DNA of 64,000 nucleotides from Candidatus Krumholzibacteriia bacterium (GCA_041484665.1 JBGPIA010000001.1:640001-704000), one strand, 5' to 3'. Shown: positions 27,992 to 37,098, counted from the first letter of the stretch. Notes: generated by a model not told the origin, from the sequence alone. Numbers and translations are program-made.

Positions 27992-28366
27992 ATGGCCAGC
28001 GGCGCAGCCGCGTGTCGGCCCACCTACGATGTGCTGCCCGCCGACGTGGATGACGACGGCTCCCTTCACATCTCCGCTGCCCAAGGAGGGATCGTGACCG
28101 ATCCGACAGTGACCGTTCTCACGCAGTCAATGTTCGTCAACGCTAGTTCCGAGCGATTCTCCGATGTCACCTCCACGTGTCCCGGCGCCAGCGCGTTCCA
28201 CGCGCCGATCAGCGCGAGCCACTGGTTCCAAGGCGGAGGCCAGCGTCCCAACCGGGATGCGGCGGCGTCCCACAACCACGCATTCGCGGGCACGGACAAG
28301 CGGGAAATGCTCAACGCCCTGACGTCGCTCGCCACTGCGGCGCGAGCGCCCGCGGTGCGGCCGTGA
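27992..28366 (+). pseudogene. Chimeric remnant ORF: FG-GAP/CRTAC1 gene fragment fused in frame to a globin C-terminus
   Basis: PTYDVLPADVDDDG..FVNASSERFSDVT aligns without gaps to PTYGVLLVDADNDG..FLNDGTGRFSDAT of 31831..34065; DKREMLNALTSL matches DKREMLSVLASI of 34180..34605. Confidence 0.8.
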
Positions 28367-29472
28367 AGCTGCCGCGCTTTGCACGCTGGGTCGGGCGCCC
28401 CGAGATCGGAGCCTTGGTGGCTAGCCTAGCGGCCACCGCCGTGATCCTCGCGCTTCACTATCGCACGCCACCCGGCGCTTTCGACGTGCACAACCTCCTG
28501 CGCAGGCTTTTCTATGTGCCGGTCGTCACGGCTGGAATCGTCGCAGGAGTGCGAGGAGGCTTGCTCACCGCTGTCGTCGCGAGCGTTGCCTACCTGCCGC
28601 ACCTGCTGCAACTCGCGCGCGCCGGCCAGCCGCCGCTGGATCACGCCCTCGAGCTGATCCTGCTGCTGGTGATCGGCGGCCTGGTGGGAGGATTCGCCGA
28701 CGCCAGCAGACGTGCCCGCGCAGCGGCCGCGGAGCGCGGGCGCCTGGCCGCGCTGGGGGAGGTCGGTGTGGGCTTCATCGCCCAGGTGGAAGGGCCGCTC
28801 GCGGCGGTCGAGGGGCAGGTCGAGACGCTGAGCTTCTTGGCCGACCGCGACGCGAATCTCGCCATGCGGACGTCTGTGGAGATGATCCGAGGCGAGGTCC
28901 GTCGGGCTCGGCGTTTCCTGCTTGATTTGCGCGACCTGGCGCGGAGAACAGAGGGGCGGGTGGGGACGGTGAATCTCTCCGCCCTCCTGGGGGGGATCGT
29001 CGAGGACCTGGCTGCCGATCCACACTCCCCGTTGGACGCCGGCCTGCCGGTCCGACTGGCCACCCTGCCGAGCCAAGCCCTGATCCGGGGCAGTCGGGCC
29101 ACGCTAGCCTATTCGCTCCGGGCCCTGCTGCAGGGCCTGCTCTCCTTCCTTCCCCGGTCCGGCCATCTCGCCATCGCCCTGGTCGCGGACGCTCACACGG
29201 TCATCATGACGCTCACCGCCGACGGGGGACGAAGTTCGCTGCCGGACCTCCGCGACGCGCTCGGCACCGCCTTCGGGCCCGCACCGAGCGATTACAAGTT
29301 CAAACAAGCATTGTGCTTGCACCTGCTCGCGGCCGAGGGCGTGCAGATTGGCGTCCTCCGCCCGTCCAGCACGGTCGCGGTCGTCACACTTCGGTTCCAC
29401 TCAGAGCTACGCCTCGCAACGACGCTCGTCCATCGGCAGGAGCCAGGTCGGCGGCGACTTGAGCGGACGTAA
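28363..29472 (+). CDS. Membrane sensor histidine-kinase-like protein with degenerate catalytic core (pseudokinase)
   Basis: 4 TM with HNLLRRLFYVPV; H-box region RLAALGEVGVGFIAQVEGPL (His replaced by Ala); no N/G boxes; GTGA overlap with the upstream ORF. Confidence 0.75.
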   Translation: MKLPRFARWVGRPEIGALVASLAATAVILALHYRTPPGAFDVHNLLRRLFYVPVVTAGIVAGVRGGLLTAVVASVAYLPHLLQLARAGQPPLDHALELILLLVIGGLVGGFADASRRARAAAAERGRLAALGEVGVGFIAQVEGPLAAVEGQVETLSFLADRDANLAMRTSVEMIRGEVRRARRFLLDLRDLARRTEGRVGTVNLSALLGGIVEDLAADPHSPLDAGLPVRLATLPSQALIRGSRATLAYSLRALLQGLLSFLPRSGHLAIALVADAHTVIMTLTADGGRSSLPDLRDALGTAFGPAPSDYKFKQALCLHLLAAEGVQIGVLRPSSTVAVVTLRFHSELRLATTLVHRQEPGRRRLERT

Positions 29473-29539
29473 CTCGGCAGGACCAGCCAGCTCGCTGGCA
29501 TCCCGGGGTCGGTCCGCTTCTCCAGTGGGGCGTCGAGCC

Positions 29540-29858
29540 ATCCGAGATAGGCCATCAGCCGGTCGAGCCACCGGTCGCACGGATCGGTGTCCATCGAGGG
29601 CACGAGCGGCTCGTCGCGCGATGAAATAGCGGACACCTTTGGGTCCGCAGACGACGTTCCCGCCATGGGCTGCGCCTCAGAACGCCCTGAGGAGAAAGCG
29701 GACAGGTTTGGGTCCGCACCCGCGAACTGCAGCGGCGGTAGGGTGGGCGGCGGCGTCCAACCCAGCCGCCGGAGGGTCTTGCGAACGGCCTTCTCGCTGA
29801 CGCCCGGTTGGACGGCGATCTGGCGGTTGGACAGTCCGCGTGCCTCGCAACGGCTCAC
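29540..29858 (-). mobile_element. Fragment of a putative HTH-containing transposase
   Basis: GLSNRQIA..GVSEKAVRKTLRRLGW HTH and SMDTDPCDRWLDRLMAYLGWLD, recalled from large putative transposases; both ends truncated. Confidence 0.6.
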
Positions 29859-29859
29859 C

Positions 29860-30337
29860 TGGTGCCGGCGAGCTCAGCAGCGCCAACGGCACGTACGGCG
29901 CGCTCCTGTAGATGACGACTTCCATCCAGTGGAAGCGCAGGTTGCCCGCCCAGTCGAGCACCTCGATGCTGTGGTGCACCTGGTGGAAGCGCCACAGCCA
30001 GGGCACGCGGTGCAGCAGGTTATGCACGCTCCACTGGATGAGATCGAGCACGATCAGCGCGACCAGGAACTGCATCAGCGGCGGCCAGCCCGACACCAGG
30101 CCGCGCTGCAGCGCCTGCTGGGCCTGGCTCAGCCCCGAGACGCTGGGCGGACCCAGCGGGGACCCGGGAACGCTGCAGCGCCCCAGCAGCACGCCCAGAG
30201 AAGTACCCGTTGAGCGCAACGTAGGCCAGGTCCAGCAGCCAGGCGCGGCGCAGCACGGGCTGCGGGTTCCAGGGGCGCAGGCGCTCCAGCGCCACGAACA
30301 GGGCGCAGAGGATCAGCAGCCAGTGGACGTATTGCAT
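29860..30337 (-). pseudogene. Sterol desaturase/fatty acid hydroxylase family pseudogene (frameshifted and 3' truncated)
   Basis: MQYVHW..FVALERLRPW..LDLAY in one frame; HNLLHRVPWLWRFHQVHHS..RFHWME His boxes in another frame; ends at the transposase fragment. Confidence 0.85.
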
Positions 30338-30530
30338 GGCATCCGTCGGCGCAGGGTACCACGGCGTGCACGGCAGGGCACACGTCGGGCGCCGGCGGCG
30401 GGACGGGAGCCGCGTGCGCCCACGCCGGCGCGGTGTCGGCCTGGCCGCCGCGCCCACCGCGGCGCATGGCATACATCACAGAATCAGAGGCGCGTCGCAC
30501 ATGTTCGCCGATCTACCGTGAACGGCGAGC

Positions 30531-30645
30531 TGCTGCACATGCAGCACCCCGACGGCCGTGGGTGCTCGACTTCACACAGCCGTCGGCGGCGTCGATCCTA
30601 CAAGTGCAGTGCTGGCAAGATGATGTTGCCTGGCACGAGCGCTGC
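30531..30645 (+). promoter_or_regulatory. Putative sigma54 promoter with upstream perfect palindrome (copy B)
   Basis: TGCTGCA-CA-TGCAGCA at 30531-30546; TGGCACG-agcg-CTGC at 30631-30645. Confidence 0.65.
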
Positions 30646-30727
30646 AGCCGAGATCCGCGTCCGCGGCGACTGTTGCTACGGAAGCGCGCCGGAAAACATC
30701 ACACGGGAAAAGTAGGGAGGGGAGCCC

Positions 30728-31255
30728 ATGCGTCGAGTCGAACTGTGGGCCGCGATCGTCCTTCTCCAAGCCGCTGCCCTCGCGGCCGGGTGCGGAGGCG
30801 ATGATGGAGTGAACGCGGGACAAACCGCTGCTTCACCGGGCCAGGTGCTGCATCAGTCACTCGAGAGTCGCGAGGTGGCCCACCACCAGGCAGCGGTCCA
30901 GGCCACGGACCCGCTCGTTCTCCGCACCGAGACCGCGCGCTACGCCGCGGACATGGACTCCGTCATAAACGGCGTCATGATGGCGACGTGTGGGCAGACG
31001 GGCAGCTCCGGGATGATGGGGATGATGGTCGGCGAAATGGATTCGATGCACGTCGTGATGGGCGAGATAAGAGATTCCGTCCACACGCACCGCGCTCGCA
31101 TGGACACTCTCTCTACGCTCGTCGGGATGCGCGAGGAATGTGAGCAGCACTACGGGGCGATGATGCAGATGATGGATCGGATCGACGGCCATATGCCAGG
31201 CGGTGGAGACCAAGAACCCCCGCCGGATGACGGGCACGGACGCCACCATCCGTAG
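30728..31255 (+). CDS. Met/His-rich helical lipoprotein, probable Cu/Ag-binding
   Basis: Lipobox LAAGC; GMMGMMVGEMDSMH, HYGAMMQMMD, GHGRHHP; strong RBS. Confidence 0.8.
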   Translation: MRRVELWAAIVLLQAAALAAGCGGDDGVNAGQTAASPGQVLHQSLESREVAHHQAAVQATDPLVLRTETARYAADMDSVINGVMMATCGQTGSSGMMGMMVGEMDSMHVVMGEIRDSVHTHRARMDTLSTLVGMREECEQHYGAMMQMMDRIDGHMPGGGDQEPPPDDGHGRHHP

Positions 31256-31336
31256 GCGATCGGGCTCATCGCCGCGGAGGAATCGACAGGGCGGTGCGCG
31301 CCCCGGTGCACTGCCACCGGCTGTCAGGAGAATGCC

Positions 31337-31834
31337 ATGAAGTGCCCAACCTGTGGCCGCGAGATTGGCCGGACCAACCGCTTCTGCGCCGGGTGCGGCG
31401 CGCCCGTCTCGTCGCGCACGCTCACCGCCCGTCCAAACCACCGCATGTTGGCCGGCATTGGCGCGTTCCTGTTCCTTGCGGTCGGATTCGGGCTCGCGCA
31501 GCTCCGCGGGAGCTCTGCGGCACACCCGCCGTGGAACGGCGCGGCACCCGCGCGCTTGCCGGCCCAGGCGCGGCCGGTCGATTCGACGGTCTTGGCGATC
31601 GCCGAACAATTCGACTGTCCTTGCGGCACTTGCCGCGACCCCCTGGCGACGTGCGCATGTGAGCAGCAGAACGGCGCGGTCGAGGTCAAGCAGTTCATCG
31701 CCCACAAGCTCGCCGAGGGCCACCCGAAATCCCACATCGTTGAGCTGGTTAACCAGAAGTACGGCGGTCTGAAGGAGGCGGGGAGTCGCGCCGCGATTCC
31801 TGAGCGGATTCTTTGCATTGGGGGTAAGACATGA
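31337..31834 (+). CDS. Zinc-ribbon + TM + CcmH-like Cys-rich membrane protein
   Basis: CPTCG..FCAGCG; TM; CPCGTCRDPLATCAC..FIAHKLAEG..IVELVNQKYG; AGGAG RBS. Confidence 0.75.
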   Translation: MKCPTCGREIGRTNRFCAGCGAPVSSRTLTARPNHRMLAGIGAFLFLAVGFGLAQLRGSSAAHPPWNGAAPARLPAQARPVDSTVLAIAEQFDCPCGTCRDPLATCACEQQNGAVEVKQFIAHKLAEGHPKSHIVELVNQKYGGLKEAGSRAAIPERILCIGGKT

Positions 31835-34065
31835 AGAATGCGGTTGTTGGTGCCACTCTCGCGGCCGCCGTCGGTCGCCGCCCTCTCCGCCAAGTCGAGG
31901 GCCGGCCGTACCACGGTGTCCCTCGGGGAGCCCTCGTGCTTTCGCTGATGCTCTGGATGGCACTGCATGATACGCCGCGCGTGCTGGCTGCCAGCGCGTA
32001 CACCTTCCACGAGGACAGCGCTGCGCTCCACCTCGACGTCAAGTCCTTGGGCAGGTCGAATGCCTGGGCGGACCTGAACGGTGACCGCCGCGTGGACGTC
32101 GTCGCGGTGAGCCACGACCAGGGGGTCGCGGTGTTCTTCCAAACCGCAGATGGCTTGTTCCAGGACGTGACAAAGACGTGCGGTGCGCGCAGGCGGCTGC
32201 CCACCTACGGCGTCCTACTGGTCGATGCGGACAACGATGGCGACCGCGACATCTTCCTCGTCCACGGAGGCTTCGTTATTGATCCAGTCGTGAACGCATC
32301 CGCACGCTCCCTCTTCCTCAACGACGGAACAGGTCGATTCTCGGACGCCACGCTCGCGTCGGGCCTGGCAGGACCCGGGCGGGGCTTCGGGGCCGTCGCC
32401 GTGGACTACGACCGGGACGGCTGGCTCGACCTGTACTTTACCGGATATGACGCACCGAACGTACTCTTCCACAACAAAGGCGGCGGCGTCTTCCGCGACG
32501 TAACCGAGGACGCGGGCGCCGGCGCACAGGAGGGGCGCGAGGGGTACAGCACTTCCGTGGTGGTGCTGGATTACGACCGGGACGGCTGGGACGACCTGTT
32601 CGTCGCCCAGCGGGACTGGCCTGACGCGGAGCATCCACTCGGCAACAGCGTTCTCCTTCACAATCAAGGTGACGGCACGTTTGTCAACCGAGCGCCTGCT
32701 GCAGGTGTACAGGGATATGGCGGCGATTTCGTGGCCACCTGCGGCGACTACGACGGGGACGGCTGGCCGGACTTGTACGTGGCGACCTTTAACTGGGCGC
32801 CCAACGGCGTACCCGAGACCTCCGACAGCAACCGTCTCTATCTGAATCGACGCGACGGCACATTTCGCGACGCCACCGCCGAAGCTGGTGTGGCGTACAT
32901 CGGGGGAACGATGGGCCTGGCGTCTGGAGACTTCGACAATGACGGTTGGGTCGATCTCTATCTCGGCACTGGAGGCCCCTTTGCGCTGCAGCAGGAGGAG
33001 CAGATCCTGTTCCACAACGAGGGGAACGTCCACTTCGTGCCGGTGCAGGAGGAAGCCGGTGTGTCGCATCTGGGAAGGGGCCACGGGGCGGTTTTCGTGG
33101 ACTTCGACGAAGATGGGGACCTGGATCTCTTCCATTCCCTCGGCGGCTTCTATACAGCAGACCTCGAACGCAGCGCGCTCTACCGGAACAGTGGCGGGCC
33201 CGCCCATTGGATCGCCGTGGAACTGGAAAGCACGCACTGTAACCGAGACGGGGTGGGTGCAGTCGTGGAGGTCACCGCCCAGGACCGGGGCTGGCAGCAG
33301 GAGCTGAGGGCAGGCGATGGTTTTGGATCGATGCCGCCGCTGAGAGCATGGTTCGGACTGGGCGCGACGGCCGCGATCGAGCGGGTCACCGTTACGTGGC
33401 CGTGTGGGGAGAGGCAGAGCCAAGAGCGTCCCGGGGTGGACGGGGTGCTGCACATCCAGGAGCAGTCAGCGCGTCACTCGGGCACGGCTGCAACCGTGCT
33501 GGCCGTCGCAGCCGGCCGGCTGGAGGACGGCGCCGTCTGGCTGGCGTGGCACGACCCGTTCGGCGACGAGCGCGCTGGCGCGTACGCCTTCACCGTGGAG
33601 CGACTCGATGGAGCCGCGTTTCAGGTGCTCAGGGGCTCTCGTCACCCAGACGACGGCGGAAGCGATCACCGGCTCGTGGACGCGGACGCTCCCCGCGACC
33701 GCGGCGTATGCTACAGGGTTTTCACGGAGCCCGGCCTCGGCGTCGCTCTTATCGGCGAAGTCGCGGTTGCCGCATGGGACGCGCCCAGCGAGGCGCTGTC
33801 GTTGCGCGTGTATCCAAACCCCTTCCGGGAACATCTGCAGGTGCAGTACACGCTCCGTGCGCCCGCGTCGGTGACACTTGCAGTCTACTCCGTCGACGGA
33901 CGCCTGGTCCGCCATCTCGAGTGGGGCGAGGGCTCTGCGGGGCGTCACGTCGCGGCCTGGGATGGCACGGACATGGCTGGCGCTCGCGTGGCCGCCGGGG
34001 TGTATCGACTCTCGCTCTCCACCGGCCGGCGCGTAGTCACACGCCCGATCGTCAGGCATCGTTGA
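31831..34065 (+). CDS. CRTAC1-like FG-GAP/VCBS beta-propeller + ASPIC/UnbV + FlgD-Ig C-terminal domain
   Basis: Repeated DYDRDGWLDL/DFDNDGWVDL; NRDGVGAVVEV..WFGLG..VTWP; YPNPFR..DGRLVR..WDG.D..AGVY. Confidence 0.9.
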   Translation: MKNAVVGATLAAAVGRRPLRQVEGRPYHGVPRGALVLSLMLWMALHDTPRVLAASAYTFHEDSAALHLDVKSLGRSNAWADLNGDRRVDVVAVSHDQGVAVFFQTADGLFQDVTKTCGARRRLPTYGVLLVDADNDGDRDIFLVHGGFVIDPVVNASARSLFLNDGTGRFSDATLASGLAGPGRGFGAVAVDYDRDGWLDLYFTGYDAPNVLFHNKGGGVFRDVTEDAGAGAQEGREGYSTSVVVLDYDRDGWDDLFVAQRDWPDAEHPLGNSVLLHNQGDGTFVNRAPAAGVQGYGGDFVATCGDYDGDGWPDLYVATFNWAPNGVPETSDSNRLYLNRRDGTFRDATAEAGVAYIGGTMGLASGDFDNDGWVDLYLGTGGPFALQQEEQILFHNEGNVHFVPVQEEAGVSHLGRGHGAVFVDFDEDGDLDLFHSLGGFYTADLERSALYRNSGGPAHWIAVELESTHCNRDGVGAVVEVTAQDRGWQQELRAGDGFGSMPPLRAWFGLGATAAIERVTVTWPCGERQSQERPGVDGVLHIQEQSARHSGTAATVLAVAAGRLEDGAVWLAWHDPFGDERAGAYAFTVERLDGAAFQVLRGSRHPDDGGSDHRLVDADAPRDRGVCYRVFTEPGLGVALIGEVAVAAWDAPSEALSLRVYPNPFREHLQVQYTLRAPASVTLAVYSVDGRLVRHLEWGEGSAGRHVAAWDGTDMAGARVAAGVYRLSLSTGRRVVTRPIVRHR

Positions 34066-34179
34066 CAGACGGCCACATGCTCGGCGTTGAGATGAGCGGG
34101 TGAACGCACGACATCAGGGAGACGGAAAGGGTTCGGCAACAGCGTGAACCGCCGCGCCCCGCCACACTGACCCAAGAGG

Positions 34180-34605
34180 ATGGACATGCACTCCCTGAGC
34201 CGGTTCTCGCTCTACGAGCGCGTGGGGGGGTTCCCCGGCCTCGCCGCGATCGTCGACGACCTCGTGGAACGACTCTGCGCCGAGCTCTCGCTCGATGCCC
34301 ATGGCGCTCGTTCGTCCGACGATCTGAAGAGATCGCTTCGGGCGCAGAGCATGCACCTGTTGTGCACGGCGGCAGGCGATCCCGGGTTGCTGCTCCGCCG
34401 GCCATGGTTGGACGGAGGAGCGGGCTGGGGGCTGGTCGGCTTCGAGTGGAACACCTTCCTGGCGCAGCTCGAGCGGTCGCTCAGCCGCTTTGCAGTCCCC
34501 GAGGACGACAAACGCGAAATGCTGAGCGTCCTGGCGTCGATCCCCCATCGGCACGTGCATCCACGGTGCAGCCATGAAGCCGCGGCGGGTCATGCGCCGG
34601 CTTGA
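34180..34605 (+). CDS. Group I truncated-haemoglobin-like protein lacking the proximal His; tail apparently frameshifted (ancestral stop 34577)
   Basis: SLYERVGG..IVDD, LLC.AAGDP, EW..F...L..SL..F.VP; Gly at the His-F8 position by manual alignment. Confidence 0.7.
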   Translation: MDMHSLSRFSLYERVGGFPGLAAIVDDLVERLCAELSLDAHGARSSDDLKRSLRAQSMHLLCTAAGDPGLLLRRPWLDGGAGWGLVGFEWNTFLAQLERSLSRFAVPEDDKREMLSVLASIPHRHVHPRCSHEAAAGHAPA

Positions 34606-35443
34606 AGGGCCCGAGTTGGGGGTCGCCACGGCCAGTCTGGCGGCAATTGTCGCGTTACTCCTGCTGCACCATCTCAGCGCTCCCAGCGCCTCCAATCTCC
34701 ACGATCTCTTCCGGAGGCTCATCTACATCCCCGTGATCGTCGCCTTCATCGCGCAGATCCACGGTGACCTCACCACCGTCGAGGGGCGGGCCGAGACGCT
34801 GAGCTTTCTATCCGATCGCAGCGGAGACCTTGCCCCGCGGACTTCTGTGGCGATCATCCGGGGTGAAGTCGGCCGCGCCCGGCGCTTCCTGCTCGACTTG
34901 CGAGACCTCGACCAGAGAACGGAGGGCCGCGTCGGAACGGTCAAGCTCTCGGCGCTCCTGGTCGGCATCGTTGCCGACATGGCTGCCGATCCGCAGGTGC
35001 GTTCGGGGGGTGACCTCCCGGTGCGACTGCTCGCGATTCCAGAGCAGGCTGCGATCCGCGGCAACCGGGCGACCCTGGCCAATTCGCTGCGCGCCCTCCT
35101 GCAGGGGCTTCTCTCCGCGCTTCCACCCTCCGGCCAGCTTGCGGTTGGGCTGTCGCTGGACGATCAGGCAGTCGTCATGACGTTCACCGCCGACGGGGAA
35201 CGAAGCCCGCTGCCGGACCTCCGCGATCCGCTCGGCGCCGCCTTCGGGCCCGCGCCGAGCGATTACAAGTTCCAACAAGCATTGTGCTTGCACCTGCTCG
35301 CGGCCGAGGGCGCGTAGATCGGCGTCCTCCGCCCGTCCAGCACGGTCGCGGTCGTCACACTTCGGTTCCACCCAGAGCCACGCCTCGCGGCGACGCTCGT
35401 CCATCGGCAAGAGCCGGGTGTGCGGCGACCCGGGCGCACGTAA
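34574..35443 (+). pseudogene. Second copy of the pseudokinase gene, with an 80-codon in-frame deletion and a premature TAG
   Basis: Colinear with 28363..29472; CAG>TAG at 35315-35317; homologous frame continues to TAA 35443. Confidence 0.85.
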
Positions 35444-35543
35444 CTCGGTAGCACTGGCCCGCTCGCTGGCATCCCAGAGTCGTTCCGCTTCTCCAGCGCG
35501 GCGTCAAGCCGCGCCCGGGGGATGCTGCCCCGCAATCGCGGGC

Positions 35544-35680
35544 TGCTTCATATGCAGCAGCAGATTCTGGATCTGCTGCCTGCCAAGCAGTCGGGCAAGC
35601 GCCCCCGACCGTGCGCTCCGACCTATCTCGCTCCCCTATAACGAGTTCCACGCATTTCCCGGAGTCGGCCCTCAGGTTGC
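35544..35680 (+). promoter_or_regulatory. Putative sigma54 promoter with upstream palindrome for the cus-like operon (copy C)
   Basis: TGCTTCA-TA-TGCAGCA at 35544-35559; CGGCCCT-cagg-TTGC at 35666-35680 (GG-N10-GC). Confidence 0.6.
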
Positions 35681-35748
35681 CTAGAGCACTCGTACCGCGC
35701 GAGGCGCCCCCGGTCCGGGCGCGAACCAAGAGACGGAGGTCGGCAGCC

Positions 35749-37098
35749 ATGGTGAAGACGGGGCTAGTTTCGGCGGCGTTGCTGCTGCTGCTGGGAGTGG
35801 TGGTTCCTGACGCCCACGCGCAGGAGCCTGCAGCGGAGCCGACCGCGAGCCTGCAGGCATTGCTGCAGGAGGCGCTGGCTGCCAACCCCGAGATCGCGCG
35901 CGCACGGGAGCTTTGGCGCGCCGAGCAGAGCCGTGTGCCCTATGTGGGAGCGCTGGAGGATCCGGTCCTGGGAGTTGGATTCGACGACCAGCCTTTCGAC
36001 CGGGGCCTTCTGGGCAAGCGGGAGGTCTCCCTCAGGCAGGCGTTCCCGTTCCCCGGCAAGCGGTCCGTGATGACCGAGATGGCCACCTGGGACGCGAAGG
36101 CCGCCCGCGAGATGGCCCTGGAAACGATCCGGGAGGTCCTGACTGAGGTCAAGCTGGCGTACTTCGGTCTCTTCATGCTGGAGAGCCAGTTGTCCACGCT
36201 TCGAGAGAGCAACGACGCGCTGCGTGATGTCGTCCAGGTGACCCAGACGCGCTACGAGACGGGCGTCGCTGGCCAGCAGGATCTGCTCCTGGCACAGGTC
36301 GAACGCACTGCGCTCGGCGGTGACGTCCGTCGCCTCGAAGCGCAGGTTCGCGCCGCCCGGGCCAAACTGAACCTCCTGCTCGCCCGCGCGCCGGGCACGC
36401 CGCTGGGCCGCGTCAGTGTCACGGACCTGTCGCCGTTCGTCGCGACGCGCGAAGAGTTGTTGGCCGGAGCTCACGGGAACCGTCCACTGCTGCGTGCCAC
36501 TGAGCATGAGGTCGAGGCGGCCAGGGCCGCTGAGCGGCTCGCCCGCATCGCCTACCGTCCGGACTTCATGGTTTCCGCTGGGTACATGACGACGCCGGGC
36601 ATGGACGACGAGTGGCGGGCCGAGATCGGGCTCACCCTTCCGGTCTGGAAGGGGCGCAAGCAGGACGCCGCCGCAGGCGAAGCCGCCCGGCGTCGCGCAG
36701 CCAGCGAGCAAATGCTCGAAAACGAGCGCAACCGCGTGAGCATGACGGTCGAGGAGCAGTTTGCGGAACTGACCTCCGACCGACAGATCGTCGGGCTGTA
36801 CCGCGACGAGATCCTGCCCCTGGCCGAGCTCGCTTACTCCAGCGCGCGCGCGAGCTATCGGACGGGCCAGGTGACGTTCATCCTGCTGCTCGAGAGCCTG
36901 CGCAAGTGGATCGAGCTCAAGCGCATGTATTACGAGGTCCTCGCCGATGCAGAGATGCGGTTGGCCTCGCTGGAGGCCGCCGTGGGATCCGATCTGGGTG
37001 GAATCCACCTGGACCTGGAGGCCGCTTTGTCAACAAGCCCGCAAGCCGCGGGCGGCAGCCGCTCCGACTCGCACGCCATGGAGGAGAAGAAGCAATGA
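35749..37098 (+). CDS. TolC-family outer membrane factor (CusC-like)
   Basis: LLQEALAANPEI, LEDP, QAFPFPGK, YRPDF..LTLPVW; GGAGGT RBS; first gene of the RND operon. Confidence 0.92.
   Translation: MVKTGLVSAALLLLLGVVVPDAHAQEPAAEPTASLQALLQEALAANPEIARARELWRAEQSRVPYVGALEDPVLGVGFDDQPFDRGLLGKREVSLRQAFPFPGKRSVMTEMATWDAKAAREMALETIREVLTEVKLAYFGLFMLESQLSTLRESNDALRDVVQVTQTRYETGVAGQQDLLLAQVERTALGGDVRRLEAQVRAARAKLNLLLARAPGTPLGRVSVTDLSPFVATREELLAGAHGNRPLLRATEHEVEAARAAERLARIAYRPDFMVSAGYMTTPGMDDEWRAEIGLTLPVWKGRKQDAAAGEAARRRAASEQMLENERNRVSMTVEEQFAELTSDRQIVGLYRDEILPLAELAYSSARASYRTGQVTFILLLESLRKWIELKRMYYEVLADAEMRLASLEAAVGSDLGGIHLDLEAALSTSPQAAGGSRSDSHAMEEKKQ

Noticed and set aside
34549..34605. His-rich globin tail (HRHVHPRCSH) as a metal-binding tag
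   Set aside because: Alignment with the duplicate shows it arises from a 1-nt deletion; the ancestral frame reads ARASTVQP* and ends at 34577
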